Shown here piece after piece: positions 28,609-39,380 of a stretch of DNA of 64,000 nt. Under the pieces are notes generated by a model. It made no database searches. It was not told the origin of the DNA and was given only the letters and a program-made list of their open reading frames with translations. Both the position numbers and the translations under genes were made by a program. The DNA comes from Kiritimatiellia bacterium (GTDB taxonomy: Bacteria > Verrucomicrobiota > Kiritimatiellia > CAIKKV01 > CAITUY01): assembly GCA_038330175.1 (NCBI GenBank), contig JBBQNS010000002.1:13566-77565 (forward strand), in the 5' to 3' direction. Numbering within the stretch: position 1 is the first letter of the stretch; each line of letters begins with the position of its first letter.

Positions 28609-29880
28609 ATGAGCAAAAAGTCGAAAAAGTCCTCTGTTCTGTTATCTATATCAGATGCGTCTTTCCTGCGGGAGCTTGCAAAAAGATTAGTCGACCAGTG
28701 TTCCGTGGCTCCGGGCGCCAAGGTCGAGGGAATAGAAAACAGCTATCCTTTTCGTGTGATTACGCCGGGTGGATATAAAGCGGTGTGGGTACAGGATTTC
28801 ACCATGAATTTTTCCAGCGGGCTTATCCCGCGAAAAGACGGACTGAATCACCTGCAATTGATCCTTGAACAACAGAATGGACGTCGCCCGATCAATTTAG
28901 GGCGTGGGGTCATCGTGCCGCCCTATGCCATCGCCGATCACATAAATCTTGATAAGCAGCCGGTTTATTTCCCGGGCGGCTACGACCCCACGGCGAATCT
29001 GAAAGGGGTTTGGGGGTCGCGACCGCCGACGAACAATTACTATGATATCATCTGGCTCGCCTGGATGCTGTGCCATAGCGGTAAGCCGGCCGACGTGTTG
29101 GGGCTGGAAATCAAGGGGGAGACGGTTTTCGAGCGGCTCAAAAAGGCCTTTGGGGTTCCGGAAGTGAGCCCGGAAACGGGGCTGGTTCACACGACGGTCA
29201 AGACGCGCGCGGTGGGCTTCATCTTTTGTGATTCTGTCGCGATGACCGGGAATATCTTAATGCCTTCGCTACTTCGGATTCGGGCCGCGGACCATTTGGC
29301 TTACATGGCGGATCAACTTGGACTTACCGGAGAGGCCCAGGATTATCGCAAACTCGCGACATTGATTCGTTCCCATATTCTGCCTGTATTTGCCGATCAT
29401 GACGGAAGTCGTGGCGGTTGGCTTAAGGCTTCAACGAAAATTTCCAGTCAGCCGGATGTGTGGGGCACGATCTACGCCCTTTACAGCAATGTCGTCCAGG
29501 GTCGGGCGAGGGAAGAGTTGCTGGCCACTGTTGTGAAAGCGCTGAAGGCTCAAGGCGAAATCGAATTTGAAGGCGCCTTAAGGCATGTGCCTGTCTCCTT
29601 TAATGCCTCGAAACACTCGGCGTGGGAACGGACGGTAACGGACATGAACCGTTATCAAAATGGGGCCTATTGGCACACCCCGAGCGCTTGGTTGGTGACG
29701 GTTCTTGCTGAACCTTATCCCAAACTCGCCAAAGACCTTTTGGATCATCACCTCAAGCATCTCAGGAAAGCCAAAGGCAAAGTCTGGGAGTGTATCGGCT
29801 GGGATGGAACCGCGGATCAGAACCCTGCGTTTGGACCCTCTATCACCTTGCCCTACGGGATTTACTGCAACCAGTTATGA
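28609..29880 (+). CDS. Uncharacterised six-hairpin (alpha/alpha)6 glycosidase-like protein
   Basis: TPGGYKAVWVQDF, QPDVWGT, YQNGAYWHTP and VWEC motifs recall (a/a)6-barrel glycosidases. Lies in a CAZyme cluster. Confidence 0.55.
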   Translation: MSKKSKKSSVLLSISDASFLRELAKRLVDQCSVAPGAKVEGIENSYPFRVITPGGYKAVWVQDFTMNFSSGLIPRKDGLNHLQLILEQQNGRRPINLGRGVIVPPYAIADHINLDKQPVYFPGGYDPTANLKGVWGSRPPTNNYYDIIWLAWMLCHSGKPADVLGLEIKGETVFERLKKAFGVPEVSPETGLVHTTVKTRAVGFIFCDSVAMTGNILMPSLLRIRAADHLAYMADQLGLTGEAQDYRKLATLIRSHILPVFADHDGSRGGWLKASTKISSQPDVWGTIYALYSNVVQGRAREELLATVVKALKAQGEIEFEGALRHVPVSFNASKHSAWERTVTDMNRYQNGAYWHTPSAWLVTVLAEPYPKLAKDLLDHHLKHLRKAKGKVWECIGWDGTADQNPAFGPSITLPYGIYCNQL

Positions 29881-32800
29881 ATTTGATCCAAGCAGTCGGG
29901 GATGAATTTGACACAGCGATCCAAGCTCGGGGGCAGGCCTATTTCGATGAGGGACGGGTGACCCTTGGGGCCATCGAAGAGCCTTTCGTCAGTGCCTCAG
30001 TCAGGGGAAGCCAACTCTACTCTGTTGAGCTTGAAAAGGATGGCGGCACACTGGTTATTGATTGTGATTGCCCCTATTTCGAGGGGAATGACCAATGCAA
30101 ACATGTATGGGCGACCCTCCTTGCGGTGGATCAGGCGGGGTACCTTCAGCCAACGGCTCGCCAGCGGTCTATGGAGGTTCGGTCAGTGGAGGTTTGGTAT
30201 GCCGATGATGATGATCAGGAGTTCTCTTTTGATGATGATGATCATCCAACCGCATCTGGGCCTGCGATAAAGATAAAATCCCGTACGCTCGAGCAAGGCT
30301 GGCGGAAGATGGGCATTCACGGGAAGGTGGCCACCCCCGCTCCGCCTACTTGGCACCAGATATTCGCTAGGCTTCAGAATCACGCCCAGCCAGCAGCAGG
30401 TGCTGACTGGGCGGCTGACCGCGAGCTGATCTACTGCCTTGATAAGGATGACTCATTGGTGAATGACGACCTTCGTATACAGGTCATGTTTAGGCAGGCG
30501 AGGAAGCTGGGCGGGTGGACTCTGCTTAAACCGCTCAGGTTGGCAGCCGGAGCAATCGCCAGCCTACCGTTGACGGAGGATCGGCAAATTCTCTCTCTGC
30601 TGCGGGGTGCGGATATTCCTAATGGGGGGCACTTCGATTCCGACTGGTCCTACATTATTCCCGCACCTATGATGGAATTGGTCATACCGCTGCTTTGCGC
30701 AACCGGGCGTTGCGGATTTAATGATCCTGAAGATTCCTCCGCAGTCATTCCTTGTAACCTTGATTCCGGTGCTCCTTGGAGATTTAAGCTGGAGGTAACG
30801 CGTGATGCCGAGGCGTCCGTGTATCGTATGGCGGGTCGGCTGGAGCGGGCTGGGGAGATCCGGGCGTTGTTCGAGCCCAACCTGCTGTTGCAAAGCGGTT
30901 GGGTATTCTGGAAGAACTCTGTTGCCCGGCTTGAGCACGCCAATGCGTTCGATTGGATTTGTCAGTTGAGGAAGTTCGGGCCGATTTCCATTCCTGAGAA
31001 GGAAATCGCCGACCTGCCCGCTTTGTTGGCGAACCTTCGCTATATGCCCCCGATTGAACTTCCTGAGGAAATTCGATACGAGGAGGTAGGGGCCGCTCCC
31101 CATTTCTGCGTATCAATCCGGACGCCGGGTTACCGGACCTACCCTGCGGATGTGTTACATGCGAAGCTGGGCTTTGAATACAACGGATTCGAGACCGCAC
31201 CGGATATTGCCGCCAGTGCCATATGCAACAAGGAGTCTCGCCAGATGATCCGGCGTGACCTGGCTGCGGAGCAGGGTGCCGTCCAGTTGCTTGATTCGCT
31301 TATGAAGCGACTCGAGAATGGCCCTAGGAACACGTGGACCTGGGTGCTGCGTCCGAGTGAATTGTCCGGCATTGTTTCGGCGTTGATGTTGAAGAGCTGG
31401 ACGGTCGAGGCGGAGGGACGATCCTTCCGCAAGCCGGGCTCGTTCAGTATGGATGTCAGTTCTGGAATAGACTGGTTCGAGCTTAGTGCCAAGGTGGATT
31501 TCGAGGGAGTTACGGTGGATCTGCCTGCTTTGCTGAAGGCCATTAAGAACAAGCAGCAGTTTGTCACCCTGGGTGATGGTACGGTCGGGGTTCTGCCGGA
31601 AGACTGGCTGCGGCAATATGGGCTGTTCGCGAAGTTGGGCGAAGTGGATGGGGAGGTCATCCGTTTCAAACGGCATCAGGCCGGTCTGCTGGATGCCTTG
31701 CTTCAGGCACGGCCCGATGTGAAGTGTGACGAAACTTTCGCCAGAGTCAGGGCGGAACTGCAGTCATTTGATTCCATCGCGCCCGTTGCCCCGCCGAGTG
31801 GATTTACAGGTGTGTTGCGTGACTATCAGGCCGATGGGCTGGCATGGCTCCACTTCCTGAGACGATTCGGGTTTGGCGGTTGCCTGGCTGATGACATGGG
31901 GCTGGGTAAGACGATCCAGGTTCTGGCCATGTTGGAAGGGCGGCGCGCGGAAGGGGCTGGACCCACGTTGGTGGTGGTCCCCCGATCTTTGGTTTTTAAT
32001 TGGATGCAGGAGGCGGCCCGTTTTGCGCCAGCCCTGCGGATCCTTGACCATACCCACCCGGAGCGGGAGCGTGAGTCGCCTGTTTTCGGTGATGCTGATA
32101 TCGTATTGGTGACGTATGGTATCATGTGCCGCGATATCTCCCGGCTTGTTGAGACCAATTTTGATTATGTGGTGCTCGACGAGGCGCAGGCGATCAAGAA
32201 CGACAAGGCGCTGGTGGCCAAAGCCGCGCGCCTGTTGCGATCCCGGCACCGGCTGGCGATGAGTGGCACCCCTGTGCAAAACCACTTAGGTGAATTGTGG
32301 AGCCTATTCGAGTTCCTTAATCCCGGTATCTTGGGTGCGGCCTCGGTATTCAATGCCACAGGGGGACTCGGGCGTGACCCCGCACCAGAAACCCGCGAGT
32401 TACTGGCGCGGGCGCTGCGACCGTTCATCCTGCGGAGGACTAAGGGGCAGGTCGCTCGTGAATTGCCCGAGCGTACCGAGGACACCCTGTATTGTGAGCT
32501 CGAGGGAAAGCAGCGCAAACTCTACAACGAGTTGCGCGATCATTACAAAGCGGCACTACTGTCCAAAGTCGCTCGTAACGGGATGGCCAAGTCCAAGATT
32601 CTGATTATCGAGGCCCTGTTACGACTGCGCCAGGCGGCATGCCATCCCGGCCTGATCGATCCTAAACGGTTAGGGGAGCCATGCGCTAAGTTAGAAGTGT
32701 TGATGGCGCAACTTATCGAAGTCATGGATGAGGGGCACAAGGTATTGGTGTTTTCGCAGTTCACCAGTTTTCTTGATATTCTCCGAAAACAGCTTAAGGC

Positions 32801-33188
32801 ACAGGACATCCGTTATGAGTACCTGGACGGTAAGACCCGCGACCGGCAGGCCCCGGTTGAGCGTTTTCAGAATGATGCTGACAGCAAGTTGTTCCTCATC
32901 AGCCTCAAGGCGGGCGGGCTGGGGCTTAACCTGACGGCGGCGGAATATGTTTTCCTGTTAGACCCTTGGTGGAATCCGGCCATCGAGGCGCAAGCCATTG
33001 ATCGTGCGCACCGACTCGGCCAGGTAAGCAAGGTGTTTGCCTACCGGCTCATCGCCCGCGATACCGTTGAGGAGAAGGTGCTGGAATTGCAAAAGTCCAA
33101 AAAGGCCCTCGCCGATTCCATCATCAACGCCGACAACAGTCTGATCCGGGGATTGACCCGGGAGGACCTGCAGCTTTTACTGGCATGA
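29877..33188 (+). CDS. SWIM zinc-finger / SNF2-family helicase
   Basis: CDCP...CKH SWIM, LRDYQ, LADDMGLGKT, DEAQ, SGTPVQN, LRRTK, KVLVFSQF, KAGGLGLNL and QAIDRAHRLGQ. Start reset to ATG 29877 (ATGA overlap). Confidence 0.93.
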   Translation: MNLIQAVGDEFDTAIQARGQAYFDEGRVTLGAIEEPFVSASVRGSQLYSVELEKDGGTLVIDCDCPYFEGNDQCKHVWATLLAVDQAGYLQPTARQRSMEVRSVEVWYADDDDQEFSFDDDDHPTASGPAIKIKSRTLEQGWRKMGIHGKVATPAPPTWHQIFARLQNHAQPAAGADWAADRELIYCLDKDDSLVNDDLRIQVMFRQARKLGGWTLLKPLRLAAGAIASLPLTEDRQILSLLRGADIPNGGHFDSDWSYIIPAPMMELVIPLLCATGRCGFNDPEDSSAVIPCNLDSGAPWRFKLEVTRDAEASVYRMAGRLERAGEIRALFEPNLLLQSGWVFWKNSVARLEHANAFDWICQLRKFGPISIPEKEIADLPALLANLRYMPPIELPEEIRYEEVGAAPHFCVSIRTPGYRTYPADVLHAKLGFEYNGFETAPDIAASAICNKESRQMIRRDLAAEQGAVQLLDSLMKRLENGPRNTWTWVLRPSELSGIVSALMLKSWTVEAEGRSFRKPGSFSMDVSSGIDWFELSAKVDFEGVTVDLPALLKAIKNKQQFVTLGDGTVGVLPEDWLRQYGLFAKLGEVDGEVIRFKRHQAGLLDALLQARPDVKCDETFARVRAELQSFDSIAPVAPPSGFTGVLRDYQADGLAWLHFLRRFGFGGCLADDMGLGKTIQVLAMLEGRRAEGAGPTLVVVPRSLVFNWMQEAARFAPALRILDHTHPERERESPVFGDADIVLVTYGIMCRDISRLVETNFDYVVLDEAQAIKNDKALVAKAARLLRSRHRLAMSGTPVQNHLGELWSLFEFLNPGILGAASVFNATGGLGRDPAPETRELLARALRPFILRRTKGQVARELPERTEDTLYCELEGKQRKLYNELRDHYKAALLSKVARNGMAKSKILIIEALLRLRQAACHPGLIDPKRLGEPCAKLEVLMAQLIEVMDEGHKVLVFSQFTSFLDILRKQLKAQDIRYEYLDGKTRDRQAPVERFQNDADSKLFLISLKAGGLGLNLTAAEYVFLLDPWWNPAIEAQAIDRAHRLGQVSKVFAYRLIARDTVEEKVLELQKSKKALADSIINADNSLIRGLTREDLQLLLA

Positions 33189-34067
33189 TTTTGATTCTAG
33201 AAGTCTGCGCTGACGCATCCATTCCAACGCCCGAAGGGGCCAAGTACTCGATGGGATCTGGCTATGGATGCCAACGCCAAAACCGGCCCCAGCCTGGAGG
33301 CCGTGCTCGCCGTGTTCATAAATATGCATTTCCGCCGGGATGCCGGCTTTCCGTAGGGCGAGGTAAAGATCCACACTGTTCTCTACTCGAACAACTGAAT
33401 CGTCGCTGGCATGAGCGAGGAAGGTTGGTGGGGTCTCAGGTGTGACCTGTAATTCAGCGGAGTAGTATTTTATCAGTTCCGGATCCGGATTTTTACCGAG
33501 CAGGTTTCCGCGCGTACCGGTTTCAGTCAAGGCGCCCATGGTAATCACTGGATAAATCAGCATGACGAAATCAGGACGGGTATCCTTATCGAAATGCGTG
33601 CCGACTGTGGAGGCCAAGTGGCCGCCGGCGGAAAAGCCGATGATGCCGACACGGTGGGGATCAATGCCCCATTCGGGAGCGCTCTTGCGGACGAGGCGGA
33701 TAGCGGCATAAGCGTCCTCGGCCGGAACGCTAGGTGAGTTTCCGGGGATGCCGGGTAATCGGTATTTGAGCAAAATGGCAGCCACCCCTTGTTCGGCAAA
33801 CCAGAGGGCCGTGTTAAGGCCTTCCTGTTTTGTCGAGAGTGCCCCGTAACCTCCGCCAGGGCAGATGACGATAGCCGCACCCGTACGATGGGTCGGCTTC
33901 GGCAGATAGACCGTGATGGAGGGTTTGTTTGTGACGTCGCTACGCAATACTATTTCGGGCAGAGGTTCCGCACGAAACCTAAAGGCGCAGCCACTTCCAA
34001 GCAGTCCAGCCAGTACCATCAAAGCCGCCGTAAATGTAGAAAAAATAATTCTGTTCACAAGGCACAT
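33177..34067 (-). CDS. Alpha/beta-hydrolase carbohydrate esterase (BD-FAE-like), probable lipoprotein
   Basis: ICPGGGY oxyanion loop, GFSAGGH nucleophile, DDSVV and GEHG. Lipobox-like LLGSGC. Start reset to ATG 34067. Confidence 0.85.
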   Translation of the reverse strand: MCLVNRIIFSTFTAALMVLAGLLGSGCAFRFRAEPLPEIVLRSDVTNKPSITVYLPKPTHRTGAAIVICPGGGYGALSTKQEGLNTALWFAEQGVAAILLKYRLPGIPGNSPSVPAEDAYAAIRLVRKSAPEWGIDPHRVGIIGFSAGGHLASTVGTHFDKDTRPDFVMLIYPVITMGALTETGTRGNLLGKNPDPELIKYYSAELQVTPETPPTFLAHASDDSVVRVENSVDLYLALRKAGIPAEMHIYEHGEHGLQAGAGFGVGIHSQIPSSTWPLRALEWMRQRRLLESKSCQ

Positions 34068-34072
34068 TACCC

Positions 34073-37000
34073 TTATTTGCCTTCCAGTAAATCCATTATT
34101 TGCTCGTCGGAGGCTTTTCCTTCGGTTCCGCCACCCATGTCTGGTTGGGTGGGTTGCCACCCTTCTTCCATTTTTGCGGCGAAGCGTAGGGTTCCCCAGA
34201 GATTCGGGGATAAGGCTGCTTCAGCGGCTACGTCGGACACAATGGCTGTGGCCTTGTTTGCCCAATAAAGTCGTTGGAGCACCTCATTGCCGTCCTTGCC
34301 CGAGACCAGAACACCCCAATCAAACTTAGTCCGCATGCCTGGCTCGATGACGAGGCCCAGTTGTTTAAGAGGAATGGCGGCTTCATAACAATACCCTTGT
34401 GGGGAAGATTGGCAGGCCAGGCGGACATCGCTGAGTTGTTCGACTTGGTCGAAGGCTACGGTAAAGACCATGGTGTGGGTGGTCCACTTCTCGCTTTCCG
34501 GTGTCCCCGGTACCACCGACCGGTAAAGGACGGCGGTGGGTTTGCCATTCACCACCGTAAGGAGCAACCGGATATCGCCTTCAAGGGGAGTGGTACGGCT
34601 GGGATTGGCATCCGGGCGCGTGGCCAGCTGGAGATCGACGCAGGCACCGCTCTTATAATAGGTGTGCCAGTCATTGCCGTTGTTTTTCATGGGACCGCGG
34701 CCGGTGACGGTGTAGCACAGGTAAAGCGTGTTCTCATCGTACATGGATTTGAATTCCGCCCCGGCAGAGCCATCACCCATAGTCGTGCCGGACGCAGGCC
34801 AGTCACTATCGCTCCCATCGATGGTGATGGCCGTATTACCCCGCAGGGAACAGGAAATAAGTTTGGCGCTGGCATACGCCTCTTTTTGTTTGCGGGCCTG
34901 ATCCCACGCCAGAGCGGCCTTAACGTCTGCCGCGCCAACCTTGACGGTACCCTTCAGGCGTTTGAACTGATCGAGCCCCTTGACTTCAACCACGCTTACA
35001 TGGTTGTGGCCTGCAACCACGTAATAGCGGTCGTCGGCGGTTTTGCAGAAGTAACCGCTGAAGTGTTCCTGTCCAGCCGTGACATTTTCCAGCGGCAGGC
35101 CGCGCTCATGTTCTTTCATGCTCCAGGCTTCGGCTTTTGGATCGCGGATGTCACGAAAGAGGTTGCCGGCGAGCAGGCCGTCCGCCGTCCAGATATTCCA
35201 GCAGCCGACGTTATCGTCAGTGACCAGGAATTCACCCAGATCGCCGGCGTGGGCGGTCTCGGTACCCACCACATCGAATTCTGATACCACTTGATCTCGG
35301 CGCCATGGACCGCAGCCATAAAGGGCATGTACCCCATAGCCTTCATTCCGATAAGTCCAGAGTCGTTCACCGGCGGGAGAGAAGGCACTGTTGCCGCCGG
35401 AGGCAAATGAATAGAAATTGCCGTTGCTCATACGGAGGTTCGCGGTCACGGGGAGGTTGGGGTAGGCCTTTTCTTCGTAGACAGGTACCCCGTTGGGTAG
35501 ATATTCTTTCACTTCATAGCGCGTGGCACCCGCCTGGACGCCCAGCGTTCGATCAAACCAAGCCAGAGCTTGGATCTGCTTAGGCGTAAAGGTCACTTCG
35601 TCTGCCTGGGGATGGCCATCCCCATTTCGGTCTGCCCAGATGAATTGAAAATCGGATATCGCCTTTCCGCCTGGCAATTTTGCCGCGATGTCCGGTTGAT
35701 TCAATTCGGCGAACCCATTGCCAAGGCCCATGGCCGCCACTTGGCGCAAGGTGTGGTTCTCATAGAGGTAGACGATGCCACATTGCTGTCGGCCGAATAG
35801 GGGTCGCGTGACTAGATAGGTCCGGTCTCCGATTTTGATTGGCACTTCGCCGGCAGGGGAGGGATTGAATTGGTTTCCTGAAGAATAGCCGCCTACCCAG
35901 GTGAGGGCTTTTAACTGCGTGGCGCCAGTCTCCCAGTTCAGTTCGAATTCCATGGGGCCGTAGAATAAGCGGTTTTTGTTGTAAGGATCCAGAACGCCCC
36001 CACCGCCATAGGCAGTGTTGCCGAGAAATTCGCGCAGGAAGGTTCCGTCGGCGACGTTCCATTGGGTGATCCGTTTGGGGAAGAACTGCCATTCGACAAT
36101 CCAAAGTTGGTTCTGGTCATCGATATCCATGTCACGAACCTGACCTAATCGCTGCGGATCCCAGAGTCCGGCTTTGAATCCACCCGGAGTTCCGATCGTT
36201 CGCAGGAACTTGCCGGTGGCATCATAAACCCGAACCCCATTCCGCTCTGGCGCGGCATCGAACGCGTAGAGCTGTCCTTTGCGATCCGTGGCGAGCGCGG
36301 TTGGGGCGATGAGATCGGATACCAGGGTTGTGTGGTGCGAATCTACGAAATCCACTTTTACAATATTCGTCCCTGACAGCGCGAAGAGGTCGCCGGTAGG
36401 ACCGAAGGCGAGTTTGCCGCAACGGGGGACAAACGTTTCCTGGAGGAGTTTGCCGGTCATTCCGTCCCGCACCTCAATACGTTGAAACGTGCGCGGGTCG
36501 ACGGGCGGTTCGCCGCCCAGATAGTGGAGCGGGGCCACACCGTAAATCCGGCAGCGTTTCGGGTCAAGTGTTTGACCGCCCTGATCCTGCCGCACGCCGG
36601 ATGGGTAACTCCCCTTAGTCGTCCATTGTTCAACCACTCGCAAACGGATGGCGCGCGTGAGAATGTCTTTTCCGAAATCGACGGTCCCGTCCAGATAACG
36701 GGCGAGTCCATTCCAGCTTCCATTGCCGATATAGTAGTTTCGCAGGGACTGAGTATAGGTTGCCACCTGACTCCAGTTGGCATTGGATTTAATATCAATG
36801 GGCCCGCTGTCAGGGCCGGTGAAAACATCAATTTCTGTGCGCTGTCCGTCGATTTCTTTAATTGACAGTCCGCGGAGCTTTTGGGGTTGGGCCCATTCCA
36901 TGGCATAGATGCCCGGGTCCACGGTAGAGACCGGGGTGGTGCGCTGGGCATCCCATTCGCCCACGGCGTTGACGGTTCCGGAATTAACGCGAAGGGTGGC

Positions 37001-39143
37001 GTTCGAACGGAGATTCTCAAAACGACGTTGGAGCAAGCGTAGGCCCTCTAGTTCGTCTTTCCAGCTTTTTCCGCCGCTGGAGACCGGGCCTGAAGGGAGG
37101 GCTAAGCCGGCATCGTCCATGCTGGGGGTAGCGGCATCTTCATCGAGCATATCGCTGACGTCATCCCCACCTTTGGCGAAGGTTACGAGAAAGGCACGGG
37201 TGGTGACATTTTCCGGGAAGGGGATTACCGTCCAGCCCACTTCCTTCCCTTTGTACTTCTGGAATTCGATCCATTGCTCGCCTTTGAAGGGGTTGGGTGG
37301 ATAGGGGGCATCCGGCTTCAGGTAGCTCAAGCGGAGCCAGCGGTCGCTCCCGGGCAAGGGCAAGACCACGCTGCCGAGCGCCACAGGTTTGCGGAAGGCT
37401 ACCATGATATGGTTGCGGCCCCCTTGGAAGCTAGTGGATTCCAACGCGAGCAGGTCACCTTGATTGCGGTCTCCGGAAGGGGGTGCCGTAATGCGCAAGA
37501 GACTGAGGAAGTTTGCGCGGTGATTAGCTTTCTTCCGATCCTCCTGATTGCGGATTTGCACGACGCCATATTTCGGAAGACAGGCATCGAGGTCGACATA
37601 GGACTCACTTACCGCATTGGCCAGCGCATCCTCGCGGGCGTCAATGGCGATGTAGACTTTCCCGTCATGGGCTTCAAGCCCCGTAAGGCCGCGTCGCCGC
37701 TCATCGGATGCGGTCGGTGAGGCGATTTGAGTGATGGCCTTGGTTATGGGATCGACGCGCCAGATGAAGTCTTGGGCGCTACTGCCTGCGCCCCCATAAA
37801 TATTTTTCCCATCATAGGCCAATTCTGCTGGACTCGTCCAAGCAAGCAGGTTCCCGGTTCCCCAGGTTTTTTCTCCTGCCAACGTACATCCGATAAGCCC
37901 GACCCCGCTTTCGCAGCAGGGCGAACTCAGGAAGACCGAGTTACCGGCGGCGGCGACACAACTGGGCGGCGTATGGTCCGCCATCCAGCCACTAGATCCG
38001 CTCGCTCCGGTCAGCCAAGGGGCATTAGACGGGGCGTTGGCGGCGATGTTCGGGTAGGGTGTAGGGAATGGTGAAGGGTGCATGGTCACCGAGCGTGGTG
38101 GATTCTGGTGCCGGAGCGGTACCGAGGTCGGTATAGGCGTGCAGGGCGCTAATGGTTGCCACCGGGTTTGCTGCTGAATCCATAATTTTAAGGCGAAGGC
38201 CGCGGGTCAACGTTGACGGAAAGAAAATCTGTCGGCCGCCGGCGGCGGGGATCACAGTAAGCTGGCGAATACGCGCCCAGTCTTTTTCAGGAGCCACGGC
38301 GGGGTTGACGCCTGCCGGGCCGGCATAGCTGGAGAGTTCGAATTTCGTGATGTTGTCTTCCAGGTAGAGGCCCACGAGAGGCTGGGGTTCAAGCCAGGAA
38401 AGAAAGAACCAACTCGGAGCAACGTCCAGAGGGGCATGAGTAATGCGTTTTTCATTATTCGGACCAGCATTCTGCCAGGCGCCGGAAGCCTCGATCAGGG
38501 ATCGCGCCCGGTAGGTGTAAGGCGGTGCTTGGTGGGGATGTGCTGTGTATTCGCTGTCGGCATTGGCGATCCCAAGCGGAGCGAGGTTGGCCAGACGCGG
38601 CTGGTAGAGCCGGACATTCGCCAGTAGCGATCGGCCTTGAGTCCGGGTTTCGGTGAAAAGGATGGCTGGGGTCTGAAAATCGACGGGTAACGAAATCAGA
38701 CGGGTTGCCGGTTGAGGTTTAAGCACTGTGAGCACCCGCCATTGATTGGTGTTGTTGGGGTCATAGGGAGGGCGGGCGTCGTCTTTCGGAACCGCTACTT
38801 GGAATGGCGTTCCCAGAAAAATTGAGCCGATAAGCCGCGGCTGGGTGAACGCAACCAGGTATTGAAATTTAACCGGTTTGTTTTGGTTGGCCGCCCCGGC
38901 ACTCCACCCCTGAATCCCAGCAAGCGTAGGAGCCGTTGCGGTCAAGCCCAGTGAAAACGCGACTCCATTGGTAGGTGGGGCTGTACGTTGGCCATTGACA
39001 AACGTTCCGCTAGCCGAAAGATCAAGATGGGCGACAACAAGCGCTAACTCCGGGGGAGGTGTCGTATTGGGCGGGATGCCGAATGCGATGTGATGAAGCC
39101 CTGCTATCAGGGCAAGTCCCATCAACCAGTTTGTATGTTTCAT
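34073..39143 (-). pseudogene. Giant secreted multidomain protein gene (beta-sandwich domains, NHL-like propeller, EF-hand-like motif, C-terminal CBM9-like domain) split into two frames near 38050-38066
   Basis: ORF 39143-38025 has the signal peptide MKHTNWLMGLALIAGL. ORF 38089-34073 has no signal peptide and overlaps it in another frame. Motifs GGGGVLDP, WADRNGDGHPQADE and ITIDGSDSDW..YDENTLYL..YEAAIPL. Confidence 0.7.
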
Positions 39144-39243
39144 GGAATTACCTTTTGCATGCATTAGCATCCAACGGGACGCCGGTTAATAGGCTGTAGA
39201 CTGGTAAGCTGATTATCATCTGCACTCAAAAAAATGTAGAGTT

Positions 39244-39272
39244 ATAGTGGTAGAAAAAGATGACTCCGTCAA
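39244..39272 (-). promoter_or_regulatory. Putative promoter for the giant secreted protein gene
   Basis: Minus strand TTGACG-N17-CACTAT (a TATAAC lies 3 nt further downstream). Confidence 0.45.
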
Positions 39273-39324
39273 TCGTATTAAAATGGATTAGTAGCTGGCG
39301 TTTCCTACCTCTGAATAAAAAGGA

Positions 39325-39354
39325 TTGACGCTCATCTTTATTACCAGCCATAAT
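39325..39354 (+). promoter_or_regulatory. Putative sigma70 promoter for the GntR/LacI regulator
   Basis: TTGACG-N18-CATAAT, ending 26 nt before the ATG. Confidence 0.6.
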
Positions 39355-39380
39355 AAAAAAATTTAAAGAGGCACACTGTA

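Noticed and set aside
28609-28640. Lys-rich N-termini on several signal-less enzymes (MSKKSKKSS, MKIKKVSK, MTTKNKT) as a targeting tag
   Set aside because: A-rich, Lys-rich gene starts are a general translation-initiation bias, and no shared motif was found.
29877-33188. SNF2 helicase as part of an anti-phage system (DISARM, Zorya or BREX-like)
   Set aside because: No methylase, nuclease or other defence gene is adjacent. The architecture is the common stand-alone SWIM-SNF2.
34274-35284. 336-aa plus-strand ORF, and similar ORFs at 42867-43745, 55196-56056 and 2995-3711
   Set aside because: Antisense shadows of long GC-rich genes with no independent coding evidence.
38025-38089. Programmed ribosomal frameshift joining the two giant ORFs
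   Set aside because: No canonical slippery heptamer or stimulatory hairpin is evident. A deletion or indel explains the junction more simply.
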